A stretch of DNA of 54,506 bases from an uncultured virus (IMG/VR IMGVR_UViG_3300042344_000419) (lineage: Duplodnaviria; Heunggongvirae; Uroviricota; Caudoviricetes), in the IMG/VR virus record IMGVR_UViG_3300042344_000419. The stretch is one strand, 5' to 3'. Position numbers and translations under genes: made by a program. The notes under the pieces are model-generated. The model was not told the DNA's origin and did not search any database. It saw only the letters and a program-made list of their open reading frames with translations. Position 1 is the stretch's first letter; every line of letters starts with the position of its first letter. This document shows positions 37,134 through 46,000 of the stretch, piece after piece.

Positions 37134-38422
37134 AGGACTTCGCCATGTTTGACTCGGAGATCGAGGGTCGTGTCCTTGCAACCGCAATGTCCGATCCAGA
37201 TGTTCATAAGGAAATCTGTGGCTGGTCTTCCGACCTGTTCGGCAATCCAGTCTCCAAGCAACTCCACTCTTTGATGGTCAGGCTCGGTGCCAAGGGCGCA
37301 CCTGCCGATCCAGTGCTGTTGGTTGGCGAGCTGAAGAATGGTGAGCGTCAGATGATGACCCACTTCGTTGGACAGCTTGCGACCAAGGATCTTGTACCAA
37401 CTGCCAAGCACCTAGCTTCCTTCGAGGACAGGCTGGTGGAGATGGCCAGACTGCGTTCGATGTATGTTGCAGCTGAGAACTCTCTGCGACTGATTAAAGA
37501 TGGGGCACCATCAGCCGAAGTGTCGGCATCGATGGAGGAGTATACCAACACAACCAGCCTCGGGAGATCCAAGGGAGTTGACATCGGGGATGCAGCCCAC
37601 TCGGTAACCCAGAAGGCAAGAGACCTTATCAGGACTGGGGCTACCTACTCTGGCCTGCCCACTGGATACTCTGAGCTGGATCATTGTATCGGAGGGCTGA
37701 CCAACGGGCACCTGATCCTACTTGCTGGGTTTACCAACATGGGTAAGTCGGCCTTCGCTATTCAGCTTTGTTACAACGCACTGAAGAACGGCAACAAGGT
37801 CGGGTATATTTCGATGGAGCTTACCGCTGGTGACATTGCCGAGCGTATGATCGCACTGTCCGAGAGGTTCAGCACGGATGAGCTGAGAACACTTGGAAGC
37901 ATCACGCCAGATCAGCTGGCCACGCTGGACTCCGTTGCGAACGAGATGCGGGAACTCCCGCTGGTGGTGATGGATCGCCCGACATGGTCGGTCAACGAGA
38001 TCAGGGCTGAGGCCAGAAGGCTGAAGCGGAAGGGGTGCAAGCTCCTCGTCATCGATCTACTCGGCAAGGTCAGCGTCGATACCAAGAAGCAGGACAGTAG
38101 GGCGAGGGAGCTTGAGCTTGTGGCAGTGCATACCAAGGCACTTGCCAAGGAGCTGGACATTCCGATCCTCGGTTGCGTCCAGCTGAACAGGCAGTCTGTC
38201 TACGACTCACAGGCAGAGCTTCACCATCTAAAGGACTCCAACGGACTGGCCGAGAACGCCGATGAAGTTCTCATACTTGACCGCAGGAACCCCAAGATTA
38301 ACGACTTCAAGCTATTTGTTAAGGTGAGGAAGTCTCGTCGTGGATCGAACCACTCAGACATCCCATTCAAGTTTAACCCGAAGCACCAGAGTTTCCGTTA
38401 CGAGAAGCCAGATGCACTATGA
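37130..38422 (+). CDS. dnaB: Replicative DNA helicase, DnaB family
   Basis: LPTGY.ELD...GGL, AGFTNMGKS, SMEL, LVID, QLNR and LKDSNGLAENAD. Confidence 0.9.
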   Translation: MKDFAMFDSEIEGRVLATAMSDPDVHKEICGWSSDLFGNPVSKQLHSLMVRLGAKGAPADPVLLVGELKNGERQMMTHFVGQLATKDLVPTAKHLASFEDRLVEMARLRSMYVAAENSLRLIKDGAPSAEVSASMEEYTNTTSLGRSKGVDIGDAAHSVTQKARDLIRTGATYSGLPTGYSELDHCIGGLTNGHLILLAGFTNMGKSAFAIQLCYNALKNGNKVGYISMELTAGDIAERMIALSERFSTDELRTLGSITPDQLATLDSVANEMRELPLVVMDRPTWSVNEIRAEARRLKRKGCKLLVIDLLGKVSVDTKKQDSRARELELVAVHTKALAKELDIPILGCVQLNRQSVYDSQAELHHLKDSNGLAENADEVLILDRRNPKINDFKLFVKVRKSRRGSNHSDIPFKFNPKHQSFRYEKPDAL

Positions 38423-38655
38423 AGATCGAAGTTAAAGTTCAAGGCAACTGCGAACAGTATCATTTGACTACTACCAGCTTCCTTGGAGAATGTCGCCTCG
38501 GCTCACGATGGGTTATGGGTGGAGACCTGCCCGATCTCGGATGGGATCAGCCTACAAAGGTATTGGCCGAGGAAGCGAGGAAGCAGTGGCAGTCTTATAT
38601 CGACGAACGTCAGATCAACAGAAGCAAATCATCTCGACGAAGGGGGACGAAGTGA
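38419..38655 (+). CDS. Hypothetical protein
   Basis: ATGA-coupled to dnaB. Confidence 0.6.
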   Translation: MKIEVKVQGNCEQYHLTTTSFLGECRLGSRWVMGGDLPDLGWDQPTKVLAEEARKQWQSYIDERQINRSKSSRRRGTK

Positions 38656-38852
38656 CCACTTACGAAGACCAATCGAAGCGGGCACTGGAGATCGGCCTTC
38701 AGCAGGCAACCGAATGCAATGAGCGTTTATGGCTACACAACCGAAGAATGTTTGGTGCCCTTTACCATGTACACGAATCGATCAAGGCCATGAAAGAAAA
38801 GCCCGAGTGGATGAGCAGAGTTGTTGCAGCACTCGAGGACAAGGAGCCGTGA
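38652..38852 (+). CDS. Hypothetical protein
   Basis: GTGA overlap start; MTTYEDQSKRALE... Confidence 0.55.
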   Translation: MTTYEDQSKRALEIGLQQATECNERLWLHNRRMFGALYHVHESIKAMKEKPEWMSRVVAALEDKEP

Positions 38853-39049
38853 GCTGGGATGGATATTGTAATCTCATTGTTGAAGGACATGTGGTGCCTG
38901 CTGGGTCTTGGTTTATACGCCCCGAGGGGCAACAAGGTTTTACCGAAGACGATCTCATCTACTACACCAAGCCTGATGGAACTCAGGTGGGAACAAATGC
39001 GAGCGAGGTCGAGATCGTTGACCCCGTCTACGGAAAGGTTTACCCGTGA
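38849..39049 (+). CDS. Hypothetical protein
   Basis: GTGA overlap start; MSWDGYCNL... Confidence 0.55.
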   Translation: MSWDGYCNLIVEGHVVPAGSWFIRPEGQQGFTEDDLIYYTKPDGTQVGTNASEVEIVDPVYGKVYP

Positions 39050-39261
39050 TTACCTTCCTTCCTAACGAACGCTGGGTTCAGACACCCAAGGGCGAGGGGC
39101 TATGGCTTGCCCTGATTGACTACGGAAAGACCGACAACCCTGTCTACCTGATCGAGCTGAACACTGGAGAACATATCTGCGTGGATATGTGCGAGGTCAG
39201 GGGAACTGAGAACGCCATGTACGGACTGGACAGACCAAGCCAGCCAGAGAGGAAGATGTGA
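39046..39261 (+). CDS. Conserved small phage protein
   Basis: VQTPKGEG..LALIDYG pattern; GTGA-coupled. Confidence 0.65.
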   Translation: MITFLPNERWVQTPKGEGLWLALIDYGKTDNPVYLIELNTGEHICVDMCEVRGTENAMYGLDRPSQPERKM

Positions 39262-39572
39262 CACACACCACTTGCATGACCGCACCCATCAGCCGTTACA
39301 CTCCAACAACCGAGGAGCTTGCGGAGACTGCATATCGAGCAGTGATCGACACCATGAACGAAAGCCTAACATCTGGCAAACATGGTGACGGTTCATGGAA
39401 CCAAGGCGTTGAATCTGACCCACGCTGGCACCTGAGTAGGGTAGCCAGACATGCCATACAGGCAGTCATGCTGCTGGATGGTGTGGATCTGAAGGATCAG
39501 GAGTCGGTCAGAATCCATACAAGAAACGCATTGGCCAGATCCTGTCTAGCCCTTGCACAATTAGGAGGATAA
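39258..39572 (+). CDS. dATP/dGTP diphosphohydrolase-like (DUF5664-type) protein
   Basis: GKHG..SW..G, RH and D.ES...H..NA pattern. Confidence 0.5.
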   Translation: MTHTTCMTAPISRYTPTTEELAETAYRAVIDTMNESLTSGKHGDGSWNQGVESDPRWHLSRVARHAIQAVMLLDGVDLKDQESVRIHTRNALARSCLALAQLGG

Positions 39573-39576
39573 CAAA

Positions 39577-40287
39577 ATGCCAGTCATAATCTTGCCAAAG
39601 CCGAAAAAAGAATTACCCTCAGTGGAGGTCGCAGTGAATAGTGGGAAGGGAGAACCTTCCACGGGCACCGTCTGTTCCTCAGTATGCAGCCCTGTTAAAC
39701 ACACTGCCGACCCTTTATTTTTAGATACTCCAACTGTTAAGCAGGACATGACAGCTGGGGTGTGTAGCCCGCTGGTGTTCACACCGAACCAGTGTACCTC
39801 GATCATCTTGGATGCACAGGTGACTGGGATGGAGAGGGCTAAGATTCTAAGGGGAGGGAAGTCGATCAAAGGTTATGCGAGGACATGCTCCTCGGCATGG
39901 CTCCCGAGGAACGACAAGAACGATTGGATGTATAAGCGGATGATTGAGGCCACGGCTGAGATCAACGCAAACAACTACGGGTTCCAGATCGATGGCATTC
40001 AGTCCATCCAGATCCTGCGGTACCAGCCACTCCAGCGGTTTGATTGGCACTATGACACCTACCCAGATTCTGGCAGGAAACTAACCGCAGTCGTTAACCT
40101 GAGTGACCCGAAGGATTATGTCGGCGGTGGTCTCAGGATGTTGGGTGAACTCCACAACAAGAAGTATGTGAGGGATCGTGGTGCAGGGGTCTGGTTCCCT
40201 AGCTGTCTAAAGCATTGTGCAAAGGCACCTTGGTGGGGCGAGCGTTGGGTTCTGGTTGCTTGGTTCCTCGGAGGAAACTTCCGATGA
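39577..40287 (+). CDS. 2OG-Fe(II) dioxygenase (prolyl-4-hydroxylase-like)
   Basis: FDWHYD, RKLT, DYVGG, FPS..KH and GERWVLVAW. True start may be ATG 39748. Confidence 0.88.
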   Translation: MPVIILPKPKKELPSVEVAVNSGKGEPSTGTVCSSVCSPVKHTADPLFLDTPTVKQDMTAGVCSPLVFTPNQCTSIILDAQVTGMERAKILRGGKSIKGYARTCSSAWLPRNDKNDWMYKRMIEATAEINANNYGFQIDGIQSIQILRYQPLQRFDWHYDTYPDSGRKLTAVVNLSDPKDYVGGGLRMLGELHNKKYVRDRGAGVWFPSCLKHCAKAPWWGERWVLVAWFLGGNFR

Positions 40288-40547
40288 AGTTCACCAAGGA
40301 ATACCTGCAGGAGGCAGCACCCGAGGCGATGAAGGCAGACGGGTACGATGACTGCATCGTCGGGATTGGTTACAGGTGTGGATCAAAAGCCGTGCTGGTC
40401 TACGACATCGACATGGTCGTGGAAAAGATAATGAAGAGGGATGGCTGTAGCTACGACGATGCCCTCGACTTCTTCGAGTACAATATAGGCGGGGCTTATG
40501 TTGGTGACGGGACTCCCTTGTTTATGAATCGGAGGTTCGACCCGTGA
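40284..40547 (+). CDS. Conserved phage hypothetical protein
   Basis: ADGYDDCIVG...VYD...FFEYNI.GAYVG..TP pattern; ATGA start. Confidence 0.7.
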   Translation: MKFTKEYLQEAAPEAMKADGYDDCIVGIGYRCGSKAVLVYDIDMVVEKIMKRDGCSYDDALDFFEYNIGGAYVGDGTPLFMNRRFDP

Positions 40548-40660
40548 TCCAAGAACTCCCCAGCATTCTTATCAGTGCAGTTGTTGTGCTTGGTTTACTA
40601 AGCATCTTCCTCGTCGGGTTTATCTTTATCTGCGACGAGATCATCCAAAGGTTCAAGTGA
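40544..40660 (+). CDS. Small membrane protein (38 aa)
   Basis: MIQELPSILISAVVVLGLLSIFLVGFIFI...; GTGA overlaps at both ends. Confidence 0.55.
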   Translation: MIQELPSILISAVVVLGLLSIFLVGFIFICDEIIQRFK

Positions 40661-41214
40661 TCAAGGTTCGCCTCGAGCTTTATGAGATGCAGCTGGCCTG
40701 CTTGGTTGGCAAGGCGAGGAACTTGTCGGCACTCGTGAAGTCATCGAGGGATGCGTACCCTAGCGACAGCCAGAACGCATGGGGTCAGCATATCGACGGG
40801 GCGGGTGCAGAGCTGGCGTTCGCCAAGTTCATTGGCCTGTACTGGGACGGGTCGGTGGACACCTACCGAAGCGGGACGGGGGATCTTCCGTTCACCCATG
40901 TGGATGTGAAGCACTCCCGAGATGGTAAGTGGAAGGTGAAGGAAAGGGACAGGGGGGAATTGGTTTTGGTTAGGGGCACGATGCCCGAGTACATCATCGA
41001 GGCGTACTGCACTGCCGAGGATGTTAAGAAGTATGCTCCAGCATATAGCGAGCCTAAGTTGTGGGCGGTGCCCGAGGACGAGAGGCAGAGGGATTTCACA
41101 AGCCTCAGAAAAAAGCTGTGGCGTAGGGCATTTGATGCGAGGGAGGGATTGAACCAACCCCCGATCAAATCCGCTACCGAATTACATAAGTGTATTTCAG
41201 TAGGGTCTCTGTAG
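40657..41214 (+). CDS. PD-(D/E)XK-like nuclease-fold protein
   Basis: GAGAELAFAK...GD.....VDVK. Confidence 0.6.
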   Translation: MIKVRLELYEMQLACLVGKARNLSALVKSSRDAYPSDSQNAWGQHIDGAGAELAFAKFIGLYWDGSVDTYRSGTGDLPFTHVDVKHSRDGKWKVKERDRGELVLVRGTMPEYIIEAYCTAEDVKKYAPAYSEPKLWAVPEDERQRDFTSLRKKLWRRAFDAREGLNQPPIKSATELHKCISVGSL

Positions 41215-41341
41215 CCGTCTGCGTAGCAGATGCTAACAGGATAAAAGAAAGACACAGGGTCAGTCCGATAGCCACCCCGCATAGAACAAGCGTGGTTGCA
41301 CGAGCCTCCCGAATCTTTCTGTCAATAGTTAACTCAATCAT
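41174..41341 (-). CDS. Small membrane protein (55 aa)
   Basis: RBS AAAGGAGG; MIELTIDRK...LVLCGVAIGLTLCLSFILLA. Confidence 0.55.
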   Translation of the reverse strand: MIELTIDRKIREARATTLVLCGVAIGLTLCLSFILLASATQTATETLLKYTYVIR

Positions 41342-41360
41342 CTGTTCCTCCTTTCTGTTT

Positions 41361-41630
41361 TTATCTGTCTCCGTACAGGGGTAACTCGAACTTGGTATTG
41401 AACCTATGCTCGAGCCACTTATCTATTGAGACGAGAGATCCTATGATCTCTTTCTTTTCTTTCTGTGTTATGGCTTTCGCCATGACCGAGTCTTTGCCAA
41501 CACGCACGATGTGCCTGAGCCAGTACCACTGATTGATATTGGGGCAGGACTTCATGTTGTTACCCTCACGCCGAATGCGTTTCCGCATTAGCTCGGAGTG
41601 AGTGCCGAGCAACACACCCGACAGACTCAT
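41361..41630 (-). CDS. Hypothetical protein
   Basis: ATGA-coupled ORF in the early operon. Confidence 0.5.
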   Translation of the reverse strand: MSLSGVLLGTHSELMRKRIRREGNNMKSCPNINQWYWLRHIVRVGKDSVMAKAITQKEKKEIIGSLVSIDKWLEHRFNTKFELPLYGDR

Positions 41631-41761
41631 TTCGTTTTCTCCTCGATGAACTCCAGCAACGCCTCTCGGACAATCGATCCGAGTGATCGGTCACCAGACT
41701 CCTTCGATATCTTCTCCATGTCTGCCCGTATTTCGTCGGGCAGGTTGACACTAATTCTCAT
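41627..41761 (-). CDS. CopG-type ribbon-helix-helix protein (44 aa)
   Basis: Manual translation MRISVNLPDEIRADMEKISKESGDRSLGSIVREALLEFIEEKTK; RBS AGGAGG. Confidence 0.75.
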   Translation of the reverse strand: MRISVNLPDEIRADMEKISKESGDRSLGSIVREALLEFIEEKTK

Positions 41762-41945
41762 AGCTCATCTCCTCCTGTACCTGTTCGAGACCAGCCCGAA
41801 CACTTTCTTTGATGTGAACCTCTGCGACACTCTCGTCGAGTTCATCCGTACTTCGGATGACTCCCTCGTCTTTGAGTGTCTCGAGGATGGTTGCAGCAAT
41901 CGTGTCGAGTGCTTCGTCATCCTCAAGAAGCTGGGTTAGCTTCAT
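41751..41945 (-). CDS. Acidic hypothetical protein
   Basis: 64 aa, strongly D/E-rich. Confidence 0.6.
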   Translation of the reverse strand: MKLTQLLEDDEALDTIAATILETLKDEGVIRSTDELDESVAEVHIKESVRAGLEQVQEEMSYEN

Positions 41946-42789
41946 TATTTTCTTCCCTTTCTTGGTTGTCTGTCAGATCACGAACAGCCTTGAAAAGCTG
42001 TTGGAGCTTCCAGTTGTTTTCGTTTCTCAGCTTCTCATCATGGATGCTGAAGTTGAGTCGCAGGTCGCATGAGATGTGGCTCGCATGATTCCCGCTGATC
42101 GTCAGGTCGACTCCGACCTTCCCGACTTTCTTCGTGTGCTTACTCGACGGCCACTCCGAGCGGAGACACTTGTCGAGTGAGTAAGATGAGTTCTTGGTGA
42201 AGACATCTTCCCTTGGATCATCGAGACGGAATTTGCTTCCCTTTATAAATCCAAGAGACCTCCTCAAGGCAAGTACTGTCCTCCTGTTACGCCTCCTGTT
42301 GACTGCATGGAATGCGTTCTCCGACTCGTACTTTGCGGGTAGCTCCCCAGCCAGCTTGTTCAACTCAGCGAACAGGGCTGGCACATAGGCCAAGCTGTCG
42401 CTCTTGAATCTCCACTTGATTGGTAGCTTGTAGTACTGGGAGAGAACCAGCCCCCAGTCGGACTGGATGCAGGTTGCCTCACCTCGCCCGCCTTGAAGGT
42501 AAACTCTTATGTCTGATCCACGGACAAAGATTTCTCCTAAGCCGTGGAGCTGGGAATAAGCCTCGGCCTTTTCCTGTATCCACAGACTCGCCTTGTGCCA
42601 CGCATCGTTTGATTGCGTGTCCCAAGTTGCCTTGCTGGGGATCAGTCGAGGGATGTTTCCCCCGAGGGCATTTGTCACCGCATTCCTGATGATCCTTTCC
42701 GACACCTGCTTGGGTAGCAGGGACAGGAGGTTGGTCTTGGTGACCCAAACCTCCTGACCCTTGCCAGCTCTGTTTTTAATTACGCTCAT
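41923..42789 (-). CDS. Hypothetical protein
   Basis: 288-aa ORF, ATGA-coupled. Confidence 0.65.
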   Translation of the reverse strand: MSVIKNRAGKGQEVWVTKTNLLSLLPKQVSERIIRNAVTNALGGNIPRLIPSKATWDTQSNDAWHKASLWIQEKAEAYSQLHGLGEIFVRGSDIRVYLQGGRGEATCIQSDWGLVLSQYYKLPIKWRFKSDSLAYVPALFAELNKLAGELPAKYESENAFHAVNRRRNRRTVLALRRSLGFIKGSKFRLDDPREDVFTKNSSYSLDKCLRSEWPSSKHTKKVGKVGVDLTISGNHASHISCDLRLNFSIHDEKLRNENNWKLQQLFKAVRDLTDNQEREENNEANPAS

Positions 42790-43307
42790 TTTGCCACCAC
42801 CTTTCTCTTGCTGGATTTGTTTCGCTTTAGTTTAGGGAAGTGCTTGCCGTCTCTAAGATGCGAGATGTCTCCCGCAAGGTAGTAGGCAAACGCCTCGGTC
42901 AACCCGTAGGCCAAGGCCAATGCTGGATCTGTAAACCCAAAGTCACTGCTTATTGATCCAGCCTTAGCTTCCCAGCAGGGTGAGGAGGTGGACGGAACGA
43001 ACCGACCATCCTCAGTGCGACAGAGTAGAATCTCAATCTCTCCGTCACCCTTGGCGAAGATGGATGGAGTAAACTCCCAGCCATGTCCGTCCTCTGGCAC
43101 ACCGCTCCTACTGATCAACTGTTTCGCATAATCTGTTGCCTTGGGTCGGATGATTGATTCGATATCGTTAATCGAATCTGAGTCATCTTCTCCGTATAAC
43201 CTCTGACACTTTTCGTATGCGTTATTAAGTTCAAGAATCTTTGACCTGTCAGATTTGCTGAGTCGGTCAAATATCTCTTTGATGTGTGTTTTGTTTTTGT
43301 TGTTCAT
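42786..43307 (-). CDS. Hypothetical protein
   Basis: Start moved to ATG 43307 (MNNKNK...) behind AAAAGGAACAGACAAC. Confidence 0.65.
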   Translation of the reverse strand: MNNKNKTHIKEIFDRLSKSDRSKILELNNAYEKCQRLYGEDDSDSINDIESIIRPKATDYAKQLISRSGVPEDGHGWEFTPSIFAKGDGEIEILLCRTEDGRFVPSTSSPCWEAKAGSISSDFGFTDPALALAYGLTEAFAYYLAGDISHLRDGKHFPKLKRNKSSKRKVVAK

Positions 43308-43378
43308 GTTGTCTGTTCCTTTTAGTTGTGGCTTGGGAGCTGACCCACATTGGGTGAGCCAGCTCCCTCGCCGATTTG

Positions 43379-44629
43379 TCATCCCTCCCGAGGGATGTTG
43401 ACCAGCTCCCCATACGGGGGCTGGATGCCTTCAGTGTTGGAGTGGATCGCCCAGACAGTCGGGCAAACCTCAGCTCCCCAGTTGCTGACTTGGCCGTCAG
43501 TGATGAAGACATGTGCCTTCACCTCGTTGCCCTGACTGATCAGGTCATCGAGTTTCACCGAGGCATCGTCGAAGTCTGTGCCACCACCGCCCCGCAACTT
43601 GGGGAGGGGATCGCCGTCGAGGTATTCCTCGAAGCCGTAGTGTTCGGTATCGCACGAGCCGATGAAGACTTTCGCCTTGATCGACTGGGCACACTCCTGC
43701 ACCTCGGCGATGGCCTGCTCGTAAAGCTCGGGGCTGATGCTCCCCGAGGTGTCCACCGAGATCGCCAGTACGCCTGCACCCTCAGAGCTGAGGCTCGGGA
43801 GGATTGCGGTGCGGTGACGGCGAGATGGCCTACGCCAGCTCCAGTCATCGTTGGTCTTCTCGGTCAGCAGTCGGCGAAGTGTGTCCCGCCAGTTGACCGC
43901 TGGTTTGCGTGAGCTACCCAGCAGTCGGTCAAGCCCAGCGGGCAGGTTGCCAGCGAGTCGGGCTGTAGCCTCTGCACCAGCTACTGACTGAAGAATCTTT
44001 TCAGATACCTCGGCCTTCTTCGCTTCGCTCAGTGGCTTGCCGTCCTCGGTTGGGTCTTCAACCTTGCCCCACTCGGATGACTTGTCTGGCTCGCTGTCAG
44101 ACGATTGCTCGTCGGACTGCTCATCGCCACCAGCTCCCGAGCTGGATGACTTGTCATCCTGTTTGCTGGATGACTGGTCATCCTGCTTCTGCTGTTTCTG
44201 CTTCTGCTTCTCAGCCCTGTCTTTTGCCAGTATCTCGTAGACCTGATACTCGGACAGGTTGCGGTACTTTTCATCGAGGAGACCGCCCTCGGGCAGGTAG
44301 TACCCGCCGTCTTTTAGAATCAGGTTGATGACATAGTCACACGCCTGATTCCAGAGCTGAGGGTCACGGCTTCCACGATTGACCGAGTGGAGCAGTGCGA
44401 TGTGAAGCACCTCGTGAGCGATCAGCCCAACAACCTGCCTCACATCCAGCTTCTCGAGGAAGCTGGGTGCGTAGCGGATTCTCGTGCCGTCCGTGCATGC
44501 CGTCTCGACTGCCTCGTCCAGCTCACTGGGCAGACCGCATGCGATTGCCCCGAAGAACGGGGCATCGCACACGATCCGCACCCGAGCCTTCTCGAGTATC
44601 GACTCTGCAGATAGTTTTTTCTTGTTCAT
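43379..44629 (-). CDS. Metallopeptidase-VWA protein (DUF2201-like)
   Basis: TACTDG, AHEVLH (HExxH), D/S/Q-rich linker, MIDAS DTSGS, GGGTDF and ITDG. Confidence 0.9.
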   Translation of the reverse strand: MNKKKLSAESILEKARVRIVCDAPFFGAIACGLPSELDEAVETACTDGTRIRYAPSFLEKLDVRQVVGLIAHEVLHIALLHSVNRGSRDPQLWNQACDYVINLILKDGGYYLPEGGLLDEKYRNLSEYQVYEILAKDRAEKQKQKQQKQDDQSSSKQDDKSSSSGAGGDEQSDEQSSDSEPDKSSEWGKVEDPTEDGKPLSEAKKAEVSEKILQSVAGAEATARLAGNLPAGLDRLLGSSRKPAVNWRDTLRRLLTEKTNDDWSWRRPSRRHRTAILPSLSSEGAGVLAISVDTSGSISPELYEQAIAEVQECAQSIKAKVFIGSCDTEHYGFEEYLDGDPLPKLRGGGGTDFDDASVKLDDLISQGNEVKAHVFITDGQVSNWGAEVCPTVWAIHSNTEGIQPPYGELVNIPREG

Positions 44630-44647
44630 CGCTGAACCTCCTTTTTG

Positions 44648-45682
44648 TTAGGCCACCAACAGGTGACCACGATTCGCTACCCACTCTCCGTAGTGCGGGC
44701 AGATCTCAACTTTTGGTGCGACCTTGGTCGCTGTCTTTGAGGCGAAAGCCTCGAACGCCTCGCCGAGTCGAGGGATGTAGCTGAAAAACGCTTTCGAGTT
44801 TTTCGCATCAACCTTCAGCCTCGCCGTCAACGCACCGATCAAAGCCCACCGAACCTCGGGCTTGGTCGGCACCGATGCCTTGGCGGGATTCGCCAGTATC
44901 TCGTCGGGCAGAGTTGCCAGCCCCTCGTAGACCGAGAGGAAGCCGTGCAGGTCAACGCCCGCCGTCCCGAGCGAGGCGGTGAGCCAAGCGGGAGAGGTGA
45001 GCTTTGCCTTCACGAGTCTGTCAACTGCCTCCCACGAGCGAGGACACGCCACTTTCTTGGCGAACTCGGCGGTGGGTTCTTCAGCGAACCGATCAGGTCG
45101 GAACTGCAGGAAGCTGAGAATCTCGGGGGAGATCCCAGCACCGCCTGCCCATCCGAGCCAGTGGTTGAGGTCGGGCAGAACTTCGATGGTCGCATCGAAT
45201 CGCCCGATCAACGGGGAGATGAGCCAGCCCACGCCAGCCCGATCAGTGCGGGCATTCGTCGCTCCGACGAACTGCACACAATCGGGGATGCGTTTGCCTT
45301 CGACCTCCCGTGCCCAGATGATGTGTTGCAGACCTTTCTGCACCGCCTCACTGGCCTGACCCAAGTCATCGAGGAAGCACAGGGTGGGCTTCTTTGCTTT
45401 CAGCAATCTCCTGAGCAGTCCGATTGGATCGAACACCGCCGACCCGTCGATCACCACAGGCAGACCTTTGTAGTCTGTGGGGTCAGAGCAGGCAGGGGTA
45501 TCCACGATGACCTCGGGGTCACCGCCGATCTCGGAAGCGACCCGCTTCCAAGCATCCTGCACGATGGCAGTTTTGCCGACTCCCGCCCGCCCGATGAGCA
45601 GGCAGGAGATTTTGTTTTTGAATGCCGTTGCGAGATCGCTCGCAAGGTTACCGATTTTTATTTGGTTGATGTTGTTGTTCAT
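44648..45682 (-). CDS. MoxR-type AAA+ ATPase
   Basis: GRAGVGKT, FLDDL, ATN and CPRSWE. Confidence 0.88.
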   Translation of the reverse strand: MNNNINQIKIGNLASDLATAFKNKISCLLIGRAGVGKTAIVQDAWKRVASEIGGDPEVIVDTPACSDPTDYKGLPVVIDGSAVFDPIGLLRRLLKAKKPTLCFLDDLGQASEAVQKGLQHIIWAREVEGKRIPDCVQFVGATNARTDRAGVGWLISPLIGRFDATIEVLPDLNHWLGWAGGAGISPEILSFLQFRPDRFAEEPTAEFAKKVACPRSWEAVDRLVKAKLTSPAWLTASLGTAGVDLHGFLSVYEGLATLPDEILANPAKASVPTKPEVRWALIGALTARLKVDAKNSKAFFSYIPRLGEAFEAFASKTATKVAPKVEICPHYGEWVANRGHLLVA

Positions 45683-45792
45683 TGTCTATTCCTCCGTTTT
45701 GTTTTTGTTTTGTTTGTGCACCCTGCATCCGCAGGGATCATGGCAACGCACCCCCGAGGAGATGCGTTGCTGATGATCACTGGTTCTGATTC

Positions 45793-45972
45793 TCAGCCCC
45801 TGTAACCACGCTGAATTAGCCCGAACCTGATCTCCGTTGTCTCGTCAACGATCTCTTTGCAAAGTTCTTTTATTTTTGCGAAGTCATCGTCGGGAGTGAC
45901 TGAGGCGATGTGTGCTATCTCGCATATCTCGCCAAGTCTCTCGAATATCTTTATGAGTTTTTCGTCGTTCAT
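45793..45972 (-). CDS. Hypothetical protein (59 aa)
   Basis: Manual translation MNDEKLIKIFERLGEI...; RBS AAAGGAACAGA. Confidence 0.6.
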   Translation of the reverse strand: MNDEKLIKIFERLGEICEIAHIASVTPDDDFAKIKELCKEIVDETTEIRFGLIQRGYRG

Positions 45973-46000
45973 GTTATCTGTTCCTTTCTGTTGAGTGCTG

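Noticed and set aside
45770..45776. CTGATGA suggesting a hammerhead ribozyme
   Set aside because: It is on the non-coding strand, has no correctly placed GAAA or stem II, and is absent from the sister hairpins.
44945..45805. 286-aa plus-strand ORF, and similar long antisense ORFs at 6610-7455, 22037-22672, 43376-43912 and 46574-47197
   Set aside because: They lie opposite genes with clear motifs, and have no RBS or recognisable features.
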